From: Candidatus Methylomirabilia bacterium
Lineage (GTDB): Bacteria > Methylomirabilota > Methylomirabilia > Rokubacteriales > CSP1-6
Direction of reading: 5' to 3'
Assembly: GCA_046758965.1 (NCBI GenBank)
Contig: JBHIBG010000009.1
Span: 1 to 58,016, forward strand
DNA: 58,016 nucleotides
The notes below the pieces were generated by a model. The model had not been told where the DNA came from. It saw only the letters and a list, made by a program, of their open reading frames with translations, and did not search any database. A program made the translations under genes and the position numbers. Of this stretch, positions 51,057 to 58,016 are shown in pieces (the first letter of the stretch is position 1; every line of letters starts with the position of its first letter).

Positions 51057-52046
51057 ATGATCCAGGTTGACCGACTGACCAAGCATTACGGTCTCGTTCC
51101 CGCCATCCAGGACGTTTCCTTCAACGTCGAGAAGGGGGAGATCGTCGGCTTCCTCGGCCCCAACGGGGCAGGGAAGACCACGACCATGCGGATCCTGGCC
51201 TGCTTCATGCCTGCCAGCGGGGGGAGCGCGATGGTGGCGGGCTACGACGTCTTCACCCGCTCGCTCGAGGTCCGCAAGCGAATCGGCTACCTCCCAGAGC
51301 ATGTGCCGGTCTACCACGACATGCCCGTGGCCGCGTATCTCGAGTTTGTCGCCGAACTGAAGGGGGTCCCCCGTGCTGAGCGGAAGCGCCGCGTGAATGA
51401 GGTGATGGAACGCTGCCTCATCGCCGAGGTCCGCCACCGCCTGATCGGGCGTCTCTCGAAAGGCTACCGCCAGCGGGTCGGGCTGGCGCAGGCACTGGTC
51501 AACGACCCTGAGGTGCTGATCCTGGATGAGCCCACCATCGGGTTGGACCCCAAGCAGATCATCGAGATCCGGTCGCTGATCAAATCCCTGGCGGGAGACC
51601 ACACGGTCATTCTCTCCACCCACATCCTTCCCGAGGTCTCCGTGGTCTGTTCCCGGGTCATCATCATCAACCAGGGTCAGATCGTGGCCGTGGATAGTCC
51701 GGAGAACCTGACCGCGCGCCTCGCCCGGTCCGACCGGATCCAGGTGCAGGTGGAGGGGCCGCCCGAGGCCGTTCGTGCCCAGCTCAGCCAGCTCCCCGGA
51801 GTCCTCTCGGTGGCCGAGAAGAGCACCGTCGACGGGGTCGGGACGTTCGTGGTCGAATCGGCTCGTGACCGCGATGTGCGCCGAGAGCTTTCCCGTGCCG
51901 TCGTGAGCCAGGGATGGGAGCTCCTGGAGCTCAGGGGCATGGGGATGACCCTGGAGGACATCTTCATCCGGCTCGTGACCGAAGAAGAGCCCCCTATGGT
52001 CACAGACGGGGCAGCGGCCGCTGAGGGAGGTGAGGCGACCCCATGA
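51057..52046 (+). CDS. ABC transporter ATPase (GldA-like)
   Basis: GPNGAGKT, LSKGYRQRVGLAQAL, DEPT. Confidence 0.92.
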   Translation: MIQVDRLTKHYGLVPAIQDVSFNVEKGEIVGFLGPNGAGKTTTMRILACFMPASGGSAMVAGYDVFTRSLEVRKRIGYLPEHVPVYHDMPVAAYLEFVAELKGVPRAERKRRVNEVMERCLIAEVRHRLIGRLSKGYRQRVGLAQALVNDPEVLILDEPTIGLDPKQIIEIRSLIKSLAGDHTVILSTHILPEVSVVCSRVIIINQGQIVAVDSPENLTARLARSDRIQVQVEGPPEAVRAQLSQLPGVLSVAEKSTVDGVGTFVVESARDRDVRRELSRAVVSQGWELLELRGMGMTLEDIFIRLVTEEEPPMVTDGAAAAEGGEATP

Positions 52047-52810
52047 GGGTGTGGGCGGTCTTCAAAAAGGAGCTTCGACTCTACTTCACCTCACCGGTGG
52101 CCTACGTGGTTGTCACCATCTTCCTCGTGATCTCCGGCCTCTTCTTCTCCTCGATCTTCAGGTTCTTCAGTGCCATCTCTATGCAGGCGGCCATGAACCC
52201 GGCGTTTGCGCGCGATCTCAATCTCACCGAGGGCGTCATGCGCCCGCTCTTCTCCAACATCAGGGTGATCATGCTTCTCGTGATGCCGGTCCTCACCATG
52301 CGCCTGTTCGCCGAGGAGAAGAAGACCGGGACCATGGAGCTCTTGCTGACATATCCGGTCCGGGACGGCGAGGTTCTCCTGGGGAAGTACGCGGCGGTGG
52401 TCACGCTCTTCCTCGCGATGCTCAGCCTCACGGCGGTCTATCCGGTCATGCTGACCTATTTTGCCCAGCTCGAATCGGGCCCGCTCCTGACCGGCTATCT
52501 CGGGCTCGTGCTCATGGGCGCCACGTTCCTGGCGATCGGAGTGCTGGCCTCTTCGCTCACCGAGAACCAGATCGTGGCCGCCGTCATCACCTTCGGGATC
52601 CTTCTGGTTTTCTGGGTAATCGGCTGGAGCGCCGACTTCGCGGGGCCGTCGTTGGGGAAGCTGCTTTCGCACCTCTCGATCCTGGAACACTTCGACGGCT
52701 TCGGCAAGGGCGTGATCGACACGAAAGACGTCATCTACTACCTCAACTTTACAATCCTCTGCCTCTTCCTGACGCTCCGGTCCCTGGAGTCCAAGCGATG
52801 GCGCGGCTGA
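52043..52810 (+). CDS. ABC-2 permease (GldF-like)
   Basis: YFTSPVAY, AEEKKTGTMELLLT, SSLTENQIVA. Confidence 0.9.
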   Translation: MRVWAVFKKELRLYFTSPVAYVVVTIFLVISGLFFSSIFRFFSAISMQAAMNPAFARDLNLTEGVMRPLFSNIRVIMLLVMPVLTMRLFAEEKKTGTMELLLTYPVRDGEVLLGKYAAVVTLFLAMLSLTAVYPVMLTYFAQLESGPLLTGYLGLVLMGATFLAIGVLASSLTENQIVAAVITFGILLVFWVIGWSADFAGPSLGKLLSHLSILEHFDGFGKGVIDTKDVIYYLNFTILCLFLTLRSLESKRWRG

Positions 52811-54354
52811 CGCCGCCGGGGAAGTGGGCCGCCATCGTCGGCGCCGCTCTCTTGGTGGCCGCTGCGGGGCTGAGCCTCGCGAAGCCGGAGTGGACTGTGG
52901 CCGGGGGCTCTGTCGCATTGGCGGGAGCCGTCTGCCTCCTGCTGGCGGTTTACGCCAGCTTCAGCGCGGTGCGGGCGTTCTTCGCCCGGCGGGCCACGCG
53001 TTACGGCATCAACGCCGTGGTGATGATCCTCCTGATCTTCGGGATCATTGTGTTGGTGGAAGCGGTTTCCTACCGCCATTCCTACCGTCTGGATCTCACC
53101 GAGAACCAGCGCCACAGCCTCTCTCCTCAGACCATCAAGGTGCTCCAGACCCTGCGCGCTACCGTGGACGTCACCGGGTTTTTCCGCTCCGACCAACCCG
53201 GAAGGCTGGTGGCTGAGGATCTTTTCGAGCAGTACGCCTCCTACTCGGACGGCAAGTTCACCTGGAAGATCCTGGACCCGGATCGGAACCCCGGCTTGGC
53301 CCGGCGCTACGAGGTGGAAACGTACGGGGCGGTGGTGCTGGACACCGAGGCCAGGTCGGAGAGGATCCCGGACGCGTCGGAAGAGAAGCTCACCAATGCG
53401 CTCGTGAAGGTTACCCGGGAGGGGGCACGCATCGTGTATGTGGTGAAAGGGCACGGCGAGCACGAGATCACCGATATCGACCGGTCGGGGTTCAGCGGGG
53501 CGAAGACCGCCATGGAGCAGGCGAACTACGAGGTGAGGGACCTGCTGCTGGTCAGGGAAGCGAGTGTCCCGGACGATGCGGCGTTGATGATCGTGCCCGG
53601 ACCCAAGCGTAACCTGCTCCCTGCCGAGTTGAGCGCCCTGGATGCCTTCATCGCTTCCGGCGGGAAGGTCCTCTTCATGGTGGACCCGTTTCAGGCTGAG
53701 GGGCTGAGCAGCTACCTCGCTCGATACGGCATCGCCTTGGGGGACGACATCGTGATCGACCGGATCTCCCGGGCCTTCGGAGGGGATTACGTGATGCCGG
53801 CCATCTTCCAGTATGAGCCACACCCCATTACCGATGGGTTCGGGAGCACGCTCACGTTCTTTCCCCTCTCCCGCACCGTGGACGTCCAGGCGAGCTCCCC
53901 CAAGGGCGTCACCGCCCAGGTCTTGGCCACGTCAGGCCCCGGGAGCTGGGCGGAGACGACGCGGTCCGAGGTGGACCGCGGGGAGGTCACTCTTGACGCA
54001 AACGACCGCGCCGGTCCCGTTCCCGTGGCGGCCGTAGCCACCGTGGAGGCGACCGGGCCATCGGAGGAGAAGGGCGACGTGAGGGCGCGGATTGTCGTCT
54101 TCGGGACCTCCAACCTGGCCACCAATCAGTTCTTGAATGTTCAGGGGAACAAGGACTTCTTCCTCAACACGGTGAGCTGGCTCGCTGAGGAGGAGGACCT
54201 CATCGCCATCCGCCCCAAGGACCCCCGGCAGACTCCGGTGTTTCTCACGGCGGTCCAGGACCGGGTCATCTTCTGGATTCCCGTGGTGGTCCTGCCTGGA
54301 GTCGTCATGGTCTTGGGGATGAGCGTGATGATCCGGCGGAGGTACGCCAACTAG
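52798..54354 (+). CDS. GldG-family ABC auxiliary protein
   Basis: DLTENQRHSLS, GHGE, GNKDFFLNTVSWL, C-terminal TM; real start ATG 52798. Confidence 0.88.
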   Translation: MARLTPPGKWAAIVGAALLVAAAGLSLAKPEWTVAGGSVALAGAVCLLLAVYASFSAVRAFFARRATRYGINAVVMILLIFGIIVLVEAVSYRHSYRLDLTENQRHSLSPQTIKVLQTLRATVDVTGFFRSDQPGRLVAEDLFEQYASYSDGKFTWKILDPDRNPGLARRYEVETYGAVVLDTEARSERIPDASEEKLTNALVKVTREGARIVYVVKGHGEHEITDIDRSGFSGAKTAMEQANYEVRDLLLVREASVPDDAALMIVPGPKRNLLPAELSALDAFIASGGKVLFMVDPFQAEGLSSYLARYGIALGDDIVIDRISRAFGGDYVMPAIFQYEPHPITDGFGSTLTFFPLSRTVDVQASSPKGVTAQVLATSGPGSWAETTRSEVDRGEVTLDANDRAGPVPVAAVATVEATGPSEEKGDVRARIVVFGTSNLATNQFLNVQGNKDFFLNTVSWLAEEEDLIAIRPKDPRQTPVFLTAVQDRVIFWIPVVVLPGVVMVLGMSVMIRRRYAN

Positions 54355-54368
54355 CCTCGTTGGTCCGC

Positions 54369-56144
54369 ATGCGCTGGACGAGCACCGTTGCCCTCGCGCT
54401 GATCTTCTCCGCGCTGGCCGGCTTCTACTACGTGTACGAGATCCGCCTGGGTCCTGAGCGGGAGAAGGCCGAACGCCTCAAGGACCGCCTCTGGACGGTC
54501 GAGCCCAAGGCTGCGGAGGAACTGGTCGTCACGCGGCAGGCGGGGACTCTCCGCCTGGCGCGCGAAGGGGACGGCTGGGTGCTGCTCGAGCCGCTCAGAG
54601 CCAGGGCTGACAAGAGCTCGGTCGAGGACTTCGTCACCAACTTGCTGACAGCCAAGGTGGAGCGCAAGATCAACTCCGACCCGGCAAGCCTCGCCGATTT
54701 CGGCTTGGACCGCCCCGCCGCCGAGATTGCCGTCCGGGTCAAAGGGGAAACGGCACCGCTCACGCTCCTGCTTGGCGACAAGAACCCGACCCGTCTCAGG
54801 GTGTATGCGAAAGAGAAGGAGAGACCCGCGGTGTTTCTGCTCTCCGACTTCCTCCTCCAGAGCGCCACGAAGCCCGTGGATGACTTTCGGGACAAAACCG
54901 TACTCGCCTTCGATCGACAGGACGTGAGCCAGCTGGAGATCAGCTATCACGGCCAGCTCTTGTCAGCGGTGCGGGGCGAGGAGCCCACCCGATGGAAGGT
55001 GATCAAGCCGCGCGCGTACCGGGCAGACTGGGGGCGGCTTGCCGATTTCATGGATAAACTCCGGTTTGCCAGGATCATGGAGTTCGTGGCCGAGGCACCC
55101 ACGTCCCTCGGCCGCTACGGGCTCGATCGGCCGACCCGGGTGACCCTCTGGATCGGAACGGAGGAGGACCGAACCGCGAAGACCCTCCTCCTCGGCAAGC
55201 TCAGCCCGGAGCGGACCGGGTTCTACGCCAAGCGGCCGGGCGAGCCGACTGTCTTCCTGGTCGGGAAGGATGTCTGGGCCATGCTTCCCAAGAGCGTGAA
55301 CGATCTCCGTGACAAAACCGTCTTCGAGTACGAGCGCAGCAAGGTGGTCAGGCTCGAGCTAGAGAGCCCGAATGGCCGCGTGGTGCTGGCCAAGGAGGGC
55401 GAGCAGTGGCAGATCACCAAGCCCGAGAGCCTCAAGGCCGACGACTCCGAGGTCAGCGGGCTCCTCTGGACACTCAAAGACCTCAGAGCCGAGAGCTTCG
55501 TCGCCGAGGGTGCCGCGGCCGTGCGCCGCTACCTGGCGAGGCCCGACGTCAAGATCGCTGTCTGGGAGGAAGGCGACCAGGCCCCGAAAATCGTGCTCCT
55601 GGCGCGGGCGCCCGGGAGGCGGGCCGGCAAGGCCCTGGCGTATGCGGCTGTCGCCGGGCAGGACTCTGTGCTCCTGGTGAAACGGGAGGCGCTTGAGGAG
55701 CTGACACGCTCGGTCACGGATCTCCGGGATCGCACGCTGCTCGGGGGTTTCGACCCGAGCGATGTGAAGCGTTTTCAGGTCAAACGCGGAGAGCAGGTGA
55801 TGCTGGTCGAGCGGAGGAGCGAAACCGACTGGCGGATCCTGGAGCCCGAGCCGGGCAAGGCGCGGGAGGCAAAGGTCAGCGACTTCCTCTTCACCCTCAC
55901 CACGCTAAAGTGGGAGGAGCTGGTTTCCCCGAAGGCGCCCGATGCCGCGCAGTATGGGCTCGACGACCCCTCGGTTGAACTGACGCTCTGGGGGGCGGAC
56001 GGCAGCGAGATCGGCACGCTGATCGTAGGCAAGACGGAGGCGGACAAGACCTACCTCAAGACCAACGCCTCCCCGGCGGTCTACGCGGTGAAGAGCCGAG
56101 CGCTCGGCGCTCTGCCGAGCGCTCCCGAGGACTTTTCCTCCTAG
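54369..56144 (+). CDS. Membrane-anchored protein with three tandem DUF4340 domains
   Basis: Repeats of (F/Y)GLD(R/D)P, W.I..P and D(F/L)RD(K/R)T; typical position after gldG. Confidence 0.85.
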   Translation: MRWTSTVALALIFSALAGFYYVYEIRLGPEREKAERLKDRLWTVEPKAAEELVVTRQAGTLRLAREGDGWVLLEPLRARADKSSVEDFVTNLLTAKVERKINSDPASLADFGLDRPAAEIAVRVKGETAPLTLLLGDKNPTRLRVYAKEKERPAVFLLSDFLLQSATKPVDDFRDKTVLAFDRQDVSQLEISYHGQLLSAVRGEEPTRWKVIKPRAYRADWGRLADFMDKLRFARIMEFVAEAPTSLGRYGLDRPTRVTLWIGTEEDRTAKTLLLGKLSPERTGFYAKRPGEPTVFLVGKDVWAMLPKSVNDLRDKTVFEYERSKVVRLELESPNGRVVLAKEGEQWQITKPESLKADDSEVSGLLWTLKDLRAESFVAEGAAAVRRYLARPDVKIAVWEEGDQAPKIVLLARAPGRRAGKALAYAAVAGQDSVLLVKREALEELTRSVTDLRDRTLLGGFDPSDVKRFQVKRGEQVMLVERRSETDWRILEPEPGKAREAKVSDFLFTLTTLKWEELVSPKAPDAAQYGLDDPSVELTLWGADGSEIGTLIVGKTEADKTYLKTNASPAVYAVKSRALGALPSAPEDFSS

Positions 56145-56230
56145 CGCCGTGCCGACTCACCTCGCTTTACGTCATCCCGGGCTTCTGACTCCGCGAGGGG
56201 ATCCCGCCCGTGGCGGCGCCGTGCCCGACC

Positions 56231-56259
56231 TTGCTTCTCTGTGCCAGACACGTTACGAT
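56231..56259 (+). promoter_or_regulatory. Promoter predicting a leaderless mRNA for the MBL hydrolase
   Basis: TTGCTT-N17-TACGAT, 7 nt before in-frame GTG 56267. Confidence 0.55.
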
Positions 56260-56266
56260 GAGGGCC

Positions 56267-56950
56267 GTGGCGAACGCGATCTACCTCAGGCAGATGGAGC
56301 TGGGCCCCATGCAGAACTTTGTCTACCTGGTGGGGGACCCGGCGGCCAGGCAGTGCGTGGTGGTAGACCCGGCCTGGGAGATCGACACCATCGTGGACGC
56401 CGCCCAGCTCGACGGCATGACGATCAGTGGAGTCCTCATCACCCACACACACCAGGATCACGTGGGCGGTCATCTCTTCGGGATCGACATCCCCGGAGTC
56501 GCCGAGTTCATGGAGAAGGTGAAGGCGAAGGTCTATGTCCATAAGGCTGAGCGGGAGTTCCTCAAGGGGTTCGGGTCTGACCTCGTCCAGGTAGGTGCCA
56601 ACGAGACCCTCCAGGTGGGTCGCCTGACCATCACCTGTGTCCACACGCCGGGGCACACCCCGGGATCCCAGTGTTTCCTGGTTGATGACCGGCTGATCTC
56701 CGGCGACACTCTCTTTATCGGCTCGTGCGGCCGCACCGACCTCCCGGGGAGCGACCCGACGGAGATGTACTACTCCCTGACCCAACGGCTGTCCAAGCTT
56801 CCAGACGAAACGATCCTGTTTCCCGGCCACAACTACGGGGGGCTCTCCTCCACCATCGGCAGTGAGAAGCGGTCGAACCCCTTCATGCGCTTCACCGCTC
56901 TCGGCGACTTCCTCAGCGTGATGGGTGGCGGCCGGGTCGTGCTGCCTTAA
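56267..56950 (+). CDS. MBL-fold hydrolase (glyoxalase II-like)
   Basis: THTHQDHVGG, HTPGHTPGS, SGDTLF, FPGH. Confidence 0.9.
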   Translation: MANAIYLRQMELGPMQNFVYLVGDPAARQCVVVDPAWEIDTIVDAAQLDGMTISGVLITHTHQDHVGGHLFGIDIPGVAEFMEKVKAKVYVHKAEREFLKGFGSDLVQVGANETLQVGRLTITCVHTPGHTPGSQCFLVDDRLISGDTLFIGSCGRTDLPGSDPTEMYYSLTQRLSKLPDETILFPGHNYGGLSSTIGSEKRSNPFMRFTALGDFLSVMGGGRVVLP

Positions 56951-57170
56951 CCCGGATTATTCACGAACGAACCGGGAGGCCGGCGGGTGGCGCGGCGAAC
57001 GGGGCGCCCCGCGGCGCGGAGCGCACCGCCTCACAACTGCCGTGCTCGAAACATCGTCGCAACCGATGTTGAGCCTCGCGCTCGCGGGAGCGAGCACCGT
57101 GGGGCTGTTCGCGGCGACAGGACCCGCCGACCCCCGGAGATCCAAGCTGCGGCTTCGTGAATAATGTCGG
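56951..57170. mobile_element. 220-bp MITE with terminal inverted repeats and TTAA direct repeats
   Basis: Left CCCGGATTATTCACGAA, right TTCGTGAATAATGTCGG (14/17 inverted match); TTAA at 56947-50 and 57171-74. Confidence 0.75.
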
Positions 57171-57181
57171 TTAACGCGCTT

Positions 57182-58003
57182 TCACTTCGCGGTCACTCCC
57201 CCGTCCACGCACAGCACCTGCCCGGTAATGTACGGGGGGCAGGTGGCGAAGAAGACGACTGCCGAGGCGACGTCCTCCGGAACGCCTTCTCGCCCCATCG
57301 GGATCTCTCGTCGTAACCGCTCTCTCAGGGCGGGAGGTGACCCCTCGGGGAGCAGCACAGCCCCCGGAGCCACGCAGTTGACCTGAATGCGCGGCGCCAG
57401 CGCCAGGGCCAAGCCTCTCGTCAGGGTCAGGAGGCCGGCTTTGGAGACGCAGTACGGGAGGTAGGAAGGCCACGGGCGCATCCCTCCCACGTCGGCGATG
57501 TTGATGATCCTGCCGCGTCCAGCCCGGCGCATCACCCTCGCCGCCGCTTGGCAGCAGAAGAAAGGGGCCTTGAGGTTTACGCTCAAGAGCCGGTCCCACT
57601 GGGCGGGCGTGGTCTGTTCGAGTGGCGTTCGCACGAACATCCCGGCGTTGTTCACGAGCAGGTCAAGCCGACCGAAGTTCCTGACAGTCTCCCGGATCAA
57701 GCGGTGCGCGTCCCGAGGGAGGGAGAGATCCGTGTGGAGCGCCGCGGCCTTCACGCCCAGCCGGCGGAGCTCCGAAACGGTGGTGCGGGCTTCTCCGGCC
57801 GAGCGGTGGTAGGCGACCGCCACGTGGCACCCCTCCCGCGCGAGAGCCAGGGCGATGGCGCGCCCTAGCCGGATCGCGCCGCCGGTGACCAGCGCGACCT
57901 GGCCTGCCAGACGGGGATCGGCTCCGGGAGCGCTAGGGGAGGGCCGGTTGGCGCCCGGTCCGCTAGCCGGTTCCTTGACATATGTTCCTCCGTGTGGTTT
58001 CAT
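57182..58003 (-). CDS. Short-chain dehydrogenase, pteridine reductase/FolM-like
   Basis: TGGAIRLG, NNAG, IINIAD, YCVSK, YITGQ; start uncertain. Confidence 0.85.
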   Translation of the reverse strand: MKPHGGTYVKEPASGPGANRPSPSAPGADPRLAGQVALVTGGAIRLGRAIALALAREGCHVAVAYHRSAGEARTTVSELRRLGVKAAALHTDLSLPRDAHRLIRETVRNFGRLDLLVNNAGMFVRTPLEQTTPAQWDRLLSVNLKAPFFCCQAAARVMRRAGRGRIINIADVGGMRPWPSYLPYCVSKAGLLTLTRGLALALAPRIQVNCVAPGAVLLPEGSPPALRERLRREIPMGREGVPEDVASAVVFFATCPPYITGQVLCVDGGVTAK

Positions 58004-58016
58004 TAAAGGTTGCGAT

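Noticed and set aside
52030..52797. Apparent 256-aa N-terminal extension of GldG
   Set aside because: Out-of-frame overlap with the gldF-like gene; real start is ATG 52798
57975..57995. GGAGG-preceded ATG at 57981 (minus) and TTGACA (plus)
   Set aside because: The ATG is out of frame with the SDR, no convincing -10 pairs with the TTGACA, and the window edge prevents assessment

Overview
High-GC bacterial chromosomal window, densely coding. Gene content and the palindromic repeat style suggest Candidatus Rokubacteria/Methylomirabilota; this is inference only. (1) 1-21.3 kb is a divergently transcribed lipid super-cluster. The minus arm runs squalene-hopene cyclase > MlaEFDC-type ABC transporter > PEP mutase-nucleotidyltransferase fusion > phosphonopyruvate decarboxylase > AEP transaminase > cytidylyltransferase > CDP-alcohol phosphotransferase > flippase-like membrane protein > inositol-3-phosphate synthase. 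The plus arm runs CruF-like hydratase, hpnH, a small hypothetical, hpnG-like, hpnA, hpnD, two Zn-dehydrogenases and ispH. The tight coupling of C-P bond (phosphonate) synthesis to hopanoid synthesis and export is the best candidate for an undescribed system (phosphono-hopanoid or inositol-phosphonolipid). (2) 21.5-42.8 kb holds an EF-G paralog and a TCA cluster (aconitase, icd, mdh, mycobacterial Sdh1-type SDH, sucCD, ndk, biotin carboxylase/carrier). It is interrupted by an accessory block containing a dctP remnant, acyl-CoA genes, a core MetE-like gene and a methionine-S-methyltransferase-like gene. (3) 42.8-58 kb holds thiC with a TPP riboswitch, an acyl-CoA ligase, thioesterases, an unannotated 41-aa zinc-finger microprotein, an MFS, a signal-peptide DUF151 protein, a degenerate AAA ATPase, a GldAFG/DUF4340 ABC system, an MBL hydrolase, a TTAA-flanked MITE and a pteridine-reductase-like SDR. 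Non-coding highlights are a modular palindromic repeat family (one copy translated in-frame), a probable ATC start for ispH and several near-leaderless promoters. No rRNA, tRNA or CRISPR array was recognised.
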